NCBI GenBank assembly: GCA_963823035.1
Contig: CAWGKG010000017.1
Coordinates: forward strand, 32,001 to 96,000
Direction: 5' to 3'
Length of the DNA: 64,000 bases
Origin: an uncultured Gemmatimonadales bacterium
GTDB taxonomy: Bacteria > Gemmatimonadota > Gemmatimonadetes > Longimicrobiales > Gaopeijiaceae
This document shows positions 18,467 through 31,479 of this stretch, piece after piece. Every line of letters begins with the position of its first letter. The first letter of the stretch is position 1. The position numbers and the translations under genes were made by a program. Below the pieces are notes generated by a model. It searched no databases. It was not told the DNA's origin and worked only from the letters and a program-made list of their open reading frames with translations.

Positions 18467-20575
18467 CTACCCCTCCGTGAGCGGCACCCCGCTCCGCCGC
18501 AGCACCGCCCTGACACGCGCTTCCAACCGGTCCGCGACGATGGGCTTGAGGAGGTAGTCGTCGGCGCCGGCCTCGAGGAGCTCGATCTCGTCCCTCGGAT
18601 TGGGGGAAGCGGTCAGCACGATGACGGGAAGGGCCTGGGTGGAGAGCGACTTGCGGATCCGCTTGAGGACCTCGTTGCCGCGCATCTGGGGCATGAAGAG
18701 GTCGAGGAGAACCAGGCAGAAGTCGTGCTCGCCGCTCTCGAGCAGCGCCAGCGCCGGCGGTCCGTCCTCCGCTTCTACGATGTGGAAGCCGATCTCCTGG
18801 AGCACAGTCCGGATGAGCAGCCGGGTGTCGGGCTCGTCCTCGACGACCAGGATGGGTCCCACCGAGGCCGCGGACGCCTCACGTTGGGGAACGAGGCCCA
18901 CCACGCGCTCCACCTCCTGGAGGGTGGTCTGCCCGCGCGCCACGCGCTCGAGGGCCACGTCCAGGAAGGTCTTCATGCCCTGCGCCCGCGCCGCCGTGTC
19001 GAGCTCGGGTCCGGTGGATACCTCGGCGATCGCGGCCAGGAGGGAGCTCTCGAGGGTCAGCACCTCCGCGAGGGGAAGCTGACCGCGGAAGCCGGTTCCG
19101 CCGCACTCGGGGCAGCCGACAGCCCGCCGGGCCGGCAAGTTGCCCACGGCCTGCGCGAGCTGCCGCTCACGAGACGGCAGGTCCGCGACCTCATGGACCT
19201 CCGTGGAGCAGGCCGTGCACAGCCGTCGAAGCAAGCGCACCGACACCACCCCGCGTAGCGATTCGGCGAGCCGTCCGGGCGCCAGCCCCATGTCGAGGAG
19301 GCGCCGGACGCCGGATACCGCGTCCGACGTGTGCACCGTGGCGAGCACGCGCCGCCCGGTCACCGCGGCCCGGAGCACGGTGCGCGCCGTGGCGAGGTCC
19401 CGGATCTCGCCGGCATGGATGAGATCCGGATCGAGTCCGAGGAGCTGCTGGAGCGCCTCGGCGTAGGAGCCCGCGCCGGGGTCGTACTGGACCTGGGTGA
19501 CGCCCGGCATCTGCACTTCGACGGGGTTCTCCAGCGAGACGACGTTCAGCCCGCGCCCCTCCGTCAGCGCCGCGTAGACCAGCGAGGTCTTTCCCGACCG
19601 GGCCGGCGCCGCGACGAGGATGAAGCCGTCCCGCTGACCGAGGAGCTCGCGGAGCTTCTTCCCCTCCGGACCGTCGAAGCCGAGCTCGTCCAGCGTCGGC
19701 CGGGCCTTGGGGTCGGTGATGCGTATGGTGACCCGCTCGCCGTCCGGCGTGGCCGTGCTCTGGAGTTGAGCCTCCAGCTCCGCCCCGCCCTTGCCGGGGA
19801 GGGAGAAGGAGCCCGAGGGTCCGTCCGTGGTCGCCGAGGGCCGCTGGGTCATGCTCTTGAGGCGCGCCACGACGCGGTTGTGGGCCTGCACGGGAAGGTC
19901 CAGGAAGTGCTGCAGCACGCCATCGATGCGGTACCGCACCCGGCCCATCTCGCGCCCGGGCTCCAGGTGGACCTCGCTGCCCCGGTACCGAACCGCCTGC
20001 TGCAGGATGATGTCCGTGAGCTTGACGACGGCGGGCGCCTCGAGCTCGAAGCGCGTGATCGCGCCCGCCCCGGCACCCTGGGTGACGAGCTGGAAGTCGG
20101 TGGAGGCCGCCTCGGTCACGAGGGTCCGCAGTGTGCTGTGCACGGAGCGCACGGGCGCGTACGCACGATCGATCGCCTGGGAGATCGCGGGCGGGCTTGC
20201 CATGAGGAAGACGGGCTGCCGGCCGGAGTTGGACACGATGTCCTGACGTGCGTCGCGGTTGGCGGGATCCGAGGTGGCCACCACCAGGTTGTTGTTGTCC
20301 AGGCTCAGCGGCAGGACTCCGTGCGTGCGCGCGATCCTCTCCGGAAGGAGCGCCACCGCCTGCGGGTCCCAGGTGGACAGATCGGCCACACCCAGCCGGA
20401 AGTGCCTGGCGACACGCTGCGCGAGCTGGTCGTCCGTAGCCTTGCACGCCGTCGCGACCACCCGCCACGCCTTGCTGAGCGTGGACAGCTCGGGGAACTG
20501 CGCGAGCCTCAGCTCCAGGCCCGCATGCGCGGCCACGTCGGTGAGCCAGTGCGAGCTGCTGGACGGTTGGGTCAT
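18467..20575 (-). CDS. GspE/PilB-like ATPase with C-terminal receiver domain
   Basis: SEVHLEP..VRYRIDGVL, APARSGKTS, ENPVE, DPD..GEIRD, CTAC..CPEC, then ILVVED..LDLFMP..GADDYLLKP. Confidence 0.88.
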   Translation of the reverse strand: MTQPSSSSHWLTDVAAHAGLELRLAQFPELSTLSKAWRVVATACKATDDQLAQRVARHFRLGVADLSTWDPQAVALLPERIARTHGVLPLSLDNNNLVVATSDPANRDARQDIVSNSGRQPVFLMASPPAISQAIDRAYAPVRSVHSTLRTLVTEAASTDFQLVTQGAGAGAITRFELEAPAVVKLTDIILQQAVRYRGSEVHLEPGREMGRVRYRIDGVLQHFLDLPVQAHNRVVARLKSMTQRPSATTDGPSGSFSLPGKGGAELEAQLQSTATPDGERVTIRITDPKARPTLDELGFDGPEGKKLRELLGQRDGFILVAAPARSGKTSLVYAALTEGRGLNVVSLENPVEVQMPGVTQVQYDPGAGSYAEALQQLLGLDPDLIHAGEIRDLATARTVLRAAVTGRRVLATVHTSDAVSGVRRLLDMGLAPGRLAESLRGVVSVRLLRRLCTACSTEVHEVADLPSRERQLAQAVGNLPARRAVGCPECGGTGFRGQLPLAEVLTLESSLLAAIAEVSTGPELDTAARAQGMKTFLDVALERVARGQTTLQEVERVVGLVPQREASAASVGPILVVEDEPDTRLLIRTVLQEIGFHIVEAEDGPPALALLESGEHDFCLVLLDLFMPQMRGNEVLKRIRKSLSTQALPVIVLTASPNPRDEIELLEAGADDYLLKPIVADRLEARVRAVLRRSGVPLTEG

Positions 20576-20768
20576 CGGGCGGAGCTCTCTGCGGGCTGTG
20601 ACCGGGCCGCCTCGGCGCAGTCGGGAGGGAGCCGAGCACGGATGCTGGGGTCCAAAGTAACCTCACGGCGGGGGCCCACGCACGGATCGAGCCGAGCCGA
20701 GTGCCGCCGTCCCCACGGGATTAGCTTGGAGGAAGAGCCCGCCGCTCGGGAATCCACGGAGGAGACGC

Positions 20769-21845
20769 ATGAACCGTTCGAAGGCCAGGCTTCTGGCGGG
20801 GTTGGCGCTCGTGTCGCTGGCGCTTTCGGCGTGCAACGGCGACGACACGACGGAGCCCGAGCCGAGCCAGGCTCGCACGTACGAGATGGGGTGGGCGCCG
20901 ATCGCGCCCGCCGCCGACGTGGCGCTCGTGCTCGCCGTGATGGACTCGATGTCGCAGGTCTCCGACATCGCGATCCTCCAGCAGGGCGTTCCGTGGCGGG
21001 AGCTGCTCGCCGGCGCTCCGATCGACAGCCTGGTCGAGGACCGCGCCGGGGTGGCCGACTACCTGCGAGCCCTGGGGATGCGGATCATCTTCCTGGTGGA
21101 CCCGCTCGACGGCCTGGATCGGCGCAAGGAGGATCCGGGGCTCGTTCAGGCGGGTCGCAGCATCCTCGAGCCGTCGATCCGCGCGATGCACGACGACTGG
21201 GTGCTGCGCATCGCCGAGCGCATCCAACCGCCGTGGTTCGGCCTCGCGTCCGAGATCAACACGCTGGCGGCACGCGGCGACCCGACCCTCTACGCCGCCG
21301 TGAAGGCCATGATCAACGACCTGGCGCCACAGGTCCGTCAGCGCAGCCCAGCCTCCAAGGTGTTCGTCTCCTTCCAGGCGGACGAGGCGAACGGCCGGCT
21401 GGGCACGGAGCCCATCGACAACTTCGCGCTGATCGACGACTTCGACATCGACGCCCTCGGCCTCTCCTCCTACCCGGTCTTCGCCTTCGACTCCCCCGCG
21501 GACATCCCCGACGACTACTTCCAGGTCTTCAGGGACGCAACGGACCTCCCCCTCCTGCTCGTGGAGGGCGGGTGGAGCTCGGCCGACGTGCCGTGGTCGC
21601 ACGGCACCCCCGCGCAGCAGGTCGCGTTCATGAACCGCTTCGAGACGCTCCTCGACGGCGTGCAGGCGGAGGCGTGGGTGATGCTCACCTTCACGGACCT
21701 GGACGTGAATGCCCTGGGGCTCGACCCGGACCGGGCGTCCGGCCTCTCCAACTTCGCGCACATGGGAATCCTCGACACGCAGCTACGCCGCAAGCCGGCC
21801 TACGCGGCCTGGCAGCGCATCTTCGAGCGGCCGCTCAGACGCTGA
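20769..21845 (+). CDS. Lipoprotein, probable glycoside-hydrolase-like TIM barrel
   Basis: Lipobox LSAC; SEIN, GLSSYP and LVEGGW resemble clan GH-A catalytic Glu motifs. Confidence 0.6.
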   Translation: MNRSKARLLAGLALVSLALSACNGDDTTEPEPSQARTYEMGWAPIAPAADVALVLAVMDSMSQVSDIAILQQGVPWRELLAGAPIDSLVEDRAGVADYLRALGMRIIFLVDPLDGLDRRKEDPGLVQAGRSILEPSIRAMHDDWVLRIAERIQPPWFGLASEINTLAARGDPTLYAAVKAMINDLAPQVRQRSPASKVFVSFQADEANGRLGTEPIDNFALIDDFDIDALGLSSYPVFAFDSPADIPDDYFQVFRDATDLPLLLVEGGWSSADVPWSHGTPAQQVAFMNRFETLLDGVQAEAWVMLTFTDLDVNALGLDPDRASGLSNFAHMGILDTQLRRKPAYAAWQRIFERPLRR

Positions 21846-23066
21846 CCCTGCGCCTCCACGCCACCACAACGGCCACGACCCCGATCCAGAACAGCCAGGA
21901 CAGACGCTCGAGGCGGCTGCGCACGAGGATGAAATCCGCCAGGGCGAGGACGGGCGTGGCGGCGACGGCGACGCCCTGGAGACGCCGCCCGGGACGCCGG
22001 ATCGTCGCGATCCGGACCGCGTCGGGCTCGCCCGTGCGGAGCGCCTCCTCGATGCGCGCACCGAGCAGTTCGGGCGTCATGTCGCGCCAGCCGGGGATGC
22101 GCATCAGGCTCCACGCGGGGGCAGTGCGCCCCCACCCGTGGAGGTTGGAGGCGGCCACTACCGCGAGGTCCAGGCTGTCCGCCAACTGCAGGATCCAGGC
22201 GCGATCGCGCTCCCCCTGCGCCAGCCCCTTCGGGTCCCCGTCCACGAGCTCGATGGCGCGCACGCCGCCGCCGGCCTCCGTACACCCCGCAGGCGCCACG
22301 TTGGCCAGGTTGTTGGGGATGGTCTGGATGAGCACGGGCCAACCGGCGCAGGGGGCTCCGGGGTCCGCAGCGCCCTGGGTTCCCACCCCCGGACCGAGGC
22401 GGGGATCGAGGTCTCCGAGCACCACGACGTGCTGACCGGCATAGACGACCTCACGCCCCGGAAGAACGACGGTTCCTTCCCCGGCGCTCGGCGGATTGTG
22501 GGCCACCGCCTCGAAAGCGGCGCGGATGCTGTCGTGGTCGGTGATGTACGCCACGTCGAATCCGGCTCCGCGATGCCAGGCGCGGTTCCGCTCCGCGGTG
22601 AAGCTCTTGCGACCGTCGTGCGAGGAGAGGGTGTGGCTGTGGAAGTCCACCACCACCACGTCGGGGTCGTCCACGGAGAGCGCGGCCATGGGATGCGGCC
22701 CGAGGGCACCGAAGGCGTAGAAGCCGATCACCGCGACGAGGAAAGCGACGGTCGCGCCCAGCTCGACCGCCGCCCGCACCACGAACCCCCTGCTCCTGCG
22801 ACGACGCACCACCCGCCACACGAGGAAGAGGAACAGGGCGGTACCGAGCACGCCCAGGTGCTGCGGGATCGTCAGCACGGTCAGGTAGTCCAGGACCCCG
22901 CACAGGGGCGCGAGGAGGAGGTAGGCCGGCGTGAGTCGGAGCCCCACCCCGGGCAGCGGCTGTCCCGTCAGGGCCGACACGACCGAGGCCCGGGGGGGAC
23001 GAGCAGGGCCAAGAGGATCAGCCCGCCGAAGCCGAAGAGGATGCGGGGCTTGGAGATCGGGCGCAC
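21835..23066 (-). CDS. Membrane-anchored PHP-domain phosphoesterase-like protein; frameshift near 22990
   Basis: DFHSHT..SHDG, ITDHD, PGRE, ASNLHG; several TM segments; start approximate. Confidence 0.7.
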
Positions 23067-23228
23067 GGAATCCGGGTCCTGGGGTACGCGCCAAGCGACT
23101 CGGTCGGCGCCATGACGAGAAAGTTCGGGAGCGCCGTGGCCCCCCGCAAGAACGACCGCCTTGTCCCACTCCCTGGGGCGCGGCAAGTTGGCGCCCTGCT
23201 CCACGACGAAACGGCAACGATCCCATCC

Positions 23229-24143
23229 ATGCGTTCGTATCGCATCCTCGCGCTCTACATCGGCGGCGTGCTCCTCGGGGGGGCGCTGCTCGCCCCGTGG
23301 GTCTACTGGGCAGCCCAGGGCCTCGCGCGGCTCACGCCGCTCGCGGCCTGGCTCGGGCGTCACCCCTTCCACCGCTACGAGCACCGGGCCCTCCTCCTCC
23401 TCGCGGTCGTCGGACTGTGGCCCTTCATGCGCGCCCTGGGCGTGCGCTCGTGGCGGGACCTCGGCGTGTCGTCGCGACCGGGCCGCGGCGGGCGATTGCT
23501 CGGAGGCGTCGCGCTCAGCGTGGGCGCGCTGGCGCTCACCGCCGTCCTCGTGCTGCTGGCGGGCGCCCGCGCCGTCGACACCACCATCGCGCCGGCCACG
23601 CTCCTCAGGACGCTCGGAGGCGCCGCGCTCACGGCCTCCGTGGTGTCGGCGATCGAGGAGGTGCTCTTCCGCGGCGGCCTGTTCGGTGGCCTGCGCCGCG
23701 GCGACGGTTGGAGGCGAGCGCTGATCGTCAGCAGCCTCCTCTATGCCATCCTGCACTTCTTCGGTAGCCCCGAAGGCCCCGCCACGGTCGCATGGTGGTC
23801 GGGCCTGGCACTCCTTCCCGGGATGCTGAGCGGGTTCGCGGACGTGCAGCGCCTGGTCCCGGACTTCTTCAACATCTTCGCGGTCGGCGTCGTCCTGTCG
23901 CTGGCCTACCAGCGCACCGGCGACCTCTACTGCTCCATGGGGATGCATGCGGGGTGGATCTTCGGGGCCTCGGTGTACGGCGCGCTCACCGTGCGCACGC
24001 CGGGCGTATCGCCCGGCTACTGGGGGAGCGGCATCCTCATCGACGGGTGGATGGCCCTGCTCGTGCTGTCGCTCACGGCAGTGGCGCTCCTCGTCTGGTT
24101 GCCGCGCGCGGTCCCCGACGAAGCGCGCATCGAGGACACCTAG
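23229..24143 (+). CDS. CPBP (Abi/CAAX) intramembrane glutamic endopeptidase
   Basis: EEVLFRG, YAILH, MGMHAGW; multiple TM helices. Confidence 0.9.
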   Translation: MRSYRILALYIGGVLLGGALLAPWVYWAAQGLARLTPLAAWLGRHPFHRYEHRALLLLAVVGLWPFMRALGVRSWRDLGVSSRPGRGGRLLGGVALSVGALALTAVLVLLAGARAVDTTIAPATLLRTLGGAALTASVVSAIEEVLFRGGLFGGLRRGDGWRRALIVSSLLYAILHFFGSPEGPATVAWWSGLALLPGMLSGFADVQRLVPDFFNIFAVGVVLSLAYQRTGDLYCSMGMHAGWIFGASVYGALTVRTPGVSPGYWGSGILIDGWMALLVLSLTAVALLVWLPRAVPDEARIEDT

Positions 24144-24162
24144 TCCCGGCGGCCGCGGCCTG

Positions 24163-25179
24163 TCAGGGCACCACCAGCCCCTCGATCCTCACCACCTCGA
24201 AGGCGGAGCTCGGCACCGTCTTGAGGCTTCCGAGGCGGTCGTCGTCCCAGCGGGAGTCCGGCGCGCCGCTCACGTACCATCCGCTCCCGTTGTCCGCGAG
24301 GAACATCCCGTAGCGCTTCATCGCGTCGAGGATGGCCTGCACTTCGGCGGGGAAGCCGGACGTGTCGAAGTCCGCCCGCAGCCTCACCCGCATCCCCATC
24401 GGGGGTAGCGACGGGTCCGTGGAGCTGCTCGCCCAATGCCGGGCGGGCGGGACGTACGCCTTCCGCGTGCGTGGGCAGGTGAAGCGCAGTGCGTGCGCGA
24501 TCTCACCCTCGTCCACGGCCTCGTCGTAGCGCACGAGCCCCGGGAAGATGGGCAGACCGGCCGCATCCGCGGACGTCCATCCGGCTGGTCGCAGCTCGTT
24601 GGAGGAGAGGTCGAAGATCGCCCCCGATCCCGCGCTCCACGAGGCGCCGCCGTTCACCGGGCGCGCGTCGAAGAGCTCATACAGCGTCCAATGGTCGCGA
24701 TCGACCACGAGGACGTGCCGGTCGCCGTCCGCGTCCGCGCCGCCCTCCACGGGAGCGTCGGCCGGGATGGGATATGGGCCGGGATCGCTCTCCTCGTCGT
24801 AGTAGAAGCTCACGGGCACCCCGGCCTGATCGCCGTCCACGACCACGTAGGGGATCCCGATCGGCGCCCCCTGCCACACCGTGCCGAAGTCGGGGTGGAG
24901 GTTCCTCGCGCCGCATGCCTCGATCAGCGTCGACGATGCGGGATCGACGGGGGCCTGCGAGACGTCGGTGTTCCAGGGATTGTCGCCGGGGAAAGGACGG
25001 CGCCCATCCAGGCTGGCGCCCGCCCCGAGGCCGGGTGTACCGCCGTCGCCGCCGTCGGGTCCGATGGGCTCGCCCCTGGTGCACGCCCAGAGTGCTCCCA
25101 GGAGGGAGAGCGTCAGGATCGGCACCGCCGAGGTGCGCGGCGCACGGGCTTGGTGGGGGCGGAGAAGGGATCGTGGCAC
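24163..25179 (-). CDS. Conserved hypothetical lipoprotein
   Basis: LWAC lipobox; FPGDNPWN, ESDPGPYPIP, DRHVLV, SADAAGLP, KRYGMFLADNG. Confidence 0.7.
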   Translation of the reverse strand: MPRSLLRPHQARAPRTSAVPILTLSLLGALWACTRGEPIGPDGGDGGTPGLGAGASLDGRRPFPGDNPWNTDVSQAPVDPASSTLIEACGARNLHPDFGTVWQGAPIGIPYVVVDGDQAGVPVSFYYDEESDPGPYPIPADAPVEGGADADGDRHVLVVDRDHWTLYELFDARPVNGGASWSAGSGAIFDLSSNELRPAGWTSADAAGLPIFPGLVRYDEAVDEGEIAHALRFTCPRTRKAYVPPARHWASSSTDPSLPPMGMRVRLRADFDTSGFPAEVQAILDAMKRYGMFLADNGSGWYVSGAPDSRWDDDRLGSLKTVPSSAFEVVRIEGLVVP

Positions 25180-25251
25180 GGCGAACGTCCGGGGCGAGCC
25201 TCGGGGGGGTACCTCAACCGTACCATCCCCGCCGGTGACGTGCCAAGGACG

Positions 25252-25800
25252 TCAGTCCCGCCTGCCGACCGCGGAGCCTGCCGGTGGAGGCCGGTTCATG
25301 TACCCGCGACAGGAGGGGCTCCCGCACCGGCACTCGATCCAGGGCACGTCCCCCGTGAGCTGATAGTCGAGGAGGAGCTCCTCCCCGGGGGCGATGGGGC
25401 GCAGGCTGACGAACGTCACCCGACCGCCGCGAACACGCGCGACCAGGTTCGGCTCACAGCAGTGGTTGACGAACTCCGCGCCGCTCCCCCCGATGGCGCC
25501 GTCGATGGCACGCCGCGGGCCGACCAGAAAGATGTAGATCTGCGGACGGATCCGGCGCCTGTGCGCCTCGGCCCGATCGATCTTCTCGCCCGTGTACTCG
25601 ATCACCCTCCTGCGAGCCGGGATCGGTTCGGCCGCGAAGATCCCCCAGCGGTGGATCGGCGAGGGGCCCCAGGTCAAGCGGAACCGGCAGGCGTCCGGGT
25701 CGAGGCGCGGCACCGCGTCCGGCCCGCCCGGCAGGACCACCTCCCGCACAAAGGCCGTCAGCTCGTGGGCAGGTCCCCCGCGCGCGGCATGGGTGACCGA
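25252..25800 (-). CDS. SET-domain protein-lysine methyltransferase with post-SET Cys cluster (start uncertain)
   Basis: SPIHRWGIFA, IEYTGE, FVNHCCEPN, GEELLLDY, CRCGSPSCRG. Confidence 0.9.
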   Translation of the reverse strand, partial: SVTHAARGGPAHELTAFVREVVLPGGPDAVPRLDPDACRFRLTWGPSPIHRWGIFAAEPIPARRRVIEYTGEKIDRAEAHRRRIRPQIYIFLVGPRRAIDGAIGGSGAEFVNHCCEPNLVARVRGGRVTFVSLRPIAPGEELLLDYQLTGDVPWIECRCGSPSCRGYMNRPPPAGSAVGRRD

Positions 25801-25801
25801 T

Positions 25802-26296
25802 TCACCCACCCCACTTCCCGCCGCCGGAGCCGCCCGAGCTCGGCTGCTTGCCGAAAGGCGAGGGTGGGGAGGACGGCTGCTTGCCGAAGGGCTGCCCGGG
25901 CGACCCGAAGGGGGAGCCGCCGGGTACCCCACCGCCCGGACTCCCCGGGCTCTTGAGGACCGCCCCCGACGTGGATCCGGGTGCCGGGGGCATCGGCATC
26001 TTGAAGACGCCGGCGACCGTCTGCACGGACTGGTTGGGGCGTGGGTCGTAGCCCTGGAGCGCCTGCAGGGTTCGCCCCCTGGGATCCACCCTCCCGTCCG
26101 CGCGCCCGAAGTTCGTGGTCTGGAACCTCCGGATGGCCGCGATCGTCTTCGGCCCGATGATCCCGTCGACGGCCAGCTCGGCGGTCGGACCGCCCCGCGC
26201 GGTCGGGACGCAGTTGAGCAGGTACTGGACGACCATCACATTGGTCATCACGTTGCTGCCGCCGTAGCCGACGGAGTGCTGGATCTCTTTTGCCAT
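25802..26296 (-). CDS. Peptidoglycan-binding (PG_binding_1-like) protein with a G/P/S-rich, Lys-containing tail
   Basis: SVGYGGSN..VQYLLN..LAVDGIIGPKTIAAIRRFQ..DGRVDP; tail PFGKQPSS twice, ends GGGKWGG; GGGAG RBS. Confidence 0.8.
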   Translation of the reverse strand: MAKEIQHSVGYGGSNVMTNVMVVQYLLNCVPTARGGPTAELAVDGIIGPKTIAAIRRFQTTNFGRADGRVDPRGRTLQALQGYDPRPNQSVQTVAGVFKMPMPPAPGSTSGAVLKSPGSPGGGVPGGSPFGSPGQPFGKQPSSPPSPFGKQPSSGGSGGGKWGG

Positions 26297-26400
26297 GGGG
26301 ATCTCCCGGGTAGCGGGGGCAACACGTAACGTATGCTCCCCATACGGATTCGTTGTCAATCACGGGCCGCCCTTCGTCCCGGAACCCCCAGGAGAACGCG

Positions 26401-27153
26401 ATGCCCTCGACCGACCTCCTCGCCTACGTCAACGGGGCCAGGCTGCCCGACATCCGGCCCGCTCCGGTGCGGCGCTCGTGGATGGACGAGACGACGAAGG
26501 GGCACGCCTACCGCTGCCTTCCCCTCGCCATCGCGAACGCGCATGGTTGGGAGGTGCTCTCGCCGGCCTCCTTCGAGGCGTGGTGGGACGGCTCGAGCGA
26601 GCCCGACGGGGTGCACGTGTCGTCGAGCGCGGACGGGGACCGCCTCCCGGTCGGCCATTTCGGGAGCGGCATCCTGACCTTCGACCTCCAGATCGTCTTC
26701 CGCACGAGCCCGAGCTGGAACCTGTGGGTGACCGGCCCCGTCAACACGGCCAAGGACGGCATCGCGCCCCTCAGTGCGGTCGTCGAGACCGACTGGCTCC
26801 CCTACTCCTTCTCGATGAGCTGGCGCTTCACCCGCCCGGACCACCGGGTTCGCTTCGAGGAGGGCGAGCCCTTCTGCCACTTCTTCCCCCTTCCGCGCGG
26901 CCACCTGGGAGCCATCCGCCCGGAGCTGCGCCACCTCGGCGAAGCGCCGGCGCTGGAGCGGGAGGCCCGGGAGTGGGCAGGCGCGCGCGACCGGGCGACG
27001 CGCCCGCCCGGCGACGAAGCGGCCGCCGATCCGGCCCGCGGGCACGGTAGATACCGCGAGGGGCCGAGCGGGCCGGACGCGGTACCGGACCACGAGACCC
27101 GGCTCCGCCTCCACCCCTTCGTAGCACGCGGCGCCGCGGCGGGCGCGCGCTGA
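26401..27153 (+). CDS. DUF6065 family protein
   Basis: [58 protein letters not shown]. Confidence 0.8.
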   Translation: MPSTDLLAYVNGARLPDIRPAPVRRSWMDETTKGHAYRCLPLAIANAHGWEVLSPASFEAWWDGSSEPDGVHVSSSADGDRLPVGHFGSGILTFDLQIVFRTSPSWNLWVTGPVNTAKDGIAPLSAVVETDWLPYSFSMSWRFTRPDHRVRFEEGEPFCHFFPLPRGHLGAIRPELRHLGEAPALEREAREWAGARDRATRPPGDEAAADPARGHGRYREGPSGPDAVPDHETRLRLHPFVARGAAAGAR

Positions 27154-27178
27154 GCGGCACCCGCCGTCGGCGCGTCGC

Positions 27179-29405
<2,227 letters not shown>

Positions 29406-29529
29406 GGAGGTCGGGGTCTTGCGGGCTCGAGGTGTGGCGTGGAGGGAGGCGCCACCGGACGGGGTAATATAGGCAATCCGCCGCCACCCCGACGGGGCGC
29501 TCCGGCCGCTGTGCCGCGCCCGTGAGATG

Positions 29530-31479
29530 CCTAGCCGACCATCGCCCCCATCGCGCGTTGAACCGCCCGGCCGATGTGGGCGGGCGAAGCGGGCTTCAGG
29601 ACCAGCTCGCACCCTCCGATGGCGCGCAGGTGCTCCTCCGTGATCACGCCGGCGTAGCCGGTGGTGAGCACGATCGGCAGGTCGGGCCGCCTGGCGCGGA
29701 TCTCACGCGCGAGCTGGAGACCCGGTGCGTCCCGGCATCGTCTGGTCGGTGAAGAGCACGTCGAAGGCCTGTGGGGACTTCTCGAACACGGCGTACGCCT
29801 CGTCGCCCGAGGCGCACGACGTGACCTCGTAGCCCAGGCGCGCGAGCACGCGCGCCGTCACGCCCAGCACGCCGGGATCGTCGTCCACGAGCAGCACGCG
29901 TCCGCCGGCGCTCATCGGCACCTCCTCGGCGACCGTTTCCGCCTCGGCCACGACCTCCTTGTGGGCCGGGAAGAGGAGCGTGAAGGAGGTGCCCCTCCCC
30001 AACGTGCTCTCCACGGAGATCGTCCCGTTCATGGCCACCACGATGCCTTGCACCACGGCGAGGCCGAGCCCCGTACCCTTCCCCGTCTCCTTCGTGGTGA
30101 AGAAGGGTTGGAAGATCCGCTCCAGGGTGGGCGCGTCCATCCCGGTGCCGTCGTCCTCGACCCGCAGGCGCACGAAGGGGCCTGGGCCCGCCGGGCGCTG
30201 GCCGTCGTCCATCGTCGCGAGCGCGTCCACGAGGTCGATCGACACCGTGATCGTGCCCCCGTCCGGCATGGCGTGCGACGCGTTCGTGCACAGGTTGAAG
30301 AGGATCTGGTGGATCTGCGTGGCCTTCCCCAGCACCGGCGGGCAGGCGCTGTCGATGCGCTGCACGATCCGGATGGTGGCGGGCAGCGACGCCCGCAGCA
30401 GGCCGGTGACCTCGCGCGCGATGCCGTGCAGGGGCACCGCCTGCAGCTCCTCCTTCTGCGGGCGCGAGAAGCGCAGGATCTGTCCGACGAGGTCCTTGGC
30501 CCGGTGCCCGGCGGCCGCCACCTGCGCCAGGTCCTGGTAGAGGACGGACTCCTTGTCGATCTCCGACTGCGCGATCTCCACGTACCCGAGGATCGGCGTA
30601 AGCAGGTTGTTGAAGTCGTGCGCGATGCCGCCGGCGAGCGAGCCGATGGTCTCCATGCGCTGACCCTGCTCCATGCGGCGGCGCAGCTCCTCCCGCTCCC
30701 GCTCGGCGCGGTTGCGCTCCGTCACGTCCGTCGCGGCCGTGAGCGTGCCGACCCGTTCGCCGCCGTCCCCGAGCACGGCGTTGGCGCGCAGGTCGAGCTC
30801 GCGGTCGGACCCGTCCGGGTGGCGGTAGGTCACGGCGTAGCGGTCGCCCATCGCGCCGGGCGTGTGCTCGGCGGCCTCCCCGTCCTCGCTCCGCTCCCAG
30901 CCGATGTCCGCGACGCGGAAGCCCGGGAGCGTGCCCGGCGCGCGCCCGAGCATGATGTGCATCGCACGGTTCGCCCGCATCACCACGCCGTCGTGATCGA
31001 CCTCGAAGAGGCCGACCGGGGCCTGCTCGAAGAGGTGCGCCAGGCGCCGCTCGCCGCGCGGCCACCACCGCGAGCTCCTGCCCTGCCGCCTCGGTTCGTG
31101 TGACGAACCGACGCCGCACCCTGTGGATGCCGACCACGACGAGCGCGAAGCCGGCGAGCTGGAGTCCGACGCACAGCACCGCGCCCGCCGGGAGGAAGGT
31201 GCCCGGCACGCCCCCGGCCGTGAGCAGCAGCCCGGCGGCCAGCAGGCTCCAGCCGAGGCCGAACAGCGCGCACCCGTGCGGCGCACGCCCACGTAGGCTC
31301 CCGCGGCGGCGATCGCCACGGCGAACTGCGCGGGCGAGCCGAGCAGCTCCGGCGTGCGCACGTGGGCGGTGAGCCCCGCGGACAGCGCGACCAGGGCCGC
31401 GACCGCGAGGGTCACGTCCGCGAGGACCTCGAGGGGCCGCGCGGCTGGGACGGCCCGCGGACGGGCCGATCGACTTCAT
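29530..31479 (-). CDS. Hybrid sensor histidine kinase (TM, PAS, HisKA, HATPase, REC); several frameshifts, ends approximate
   Basis: [49 protein letters not shown]. Confidence 0.88.

Noticed and set aside
19331..22435. 1034-aa ORF and other long antisense or alternate-frame ORFs (e.g. 7394..9754, 27423..29396, 53356..55314)
   Set aside because: Arg/Gly/Pro-rich shadow ORFs overlapping well-supported genes, as expected at this GC content.
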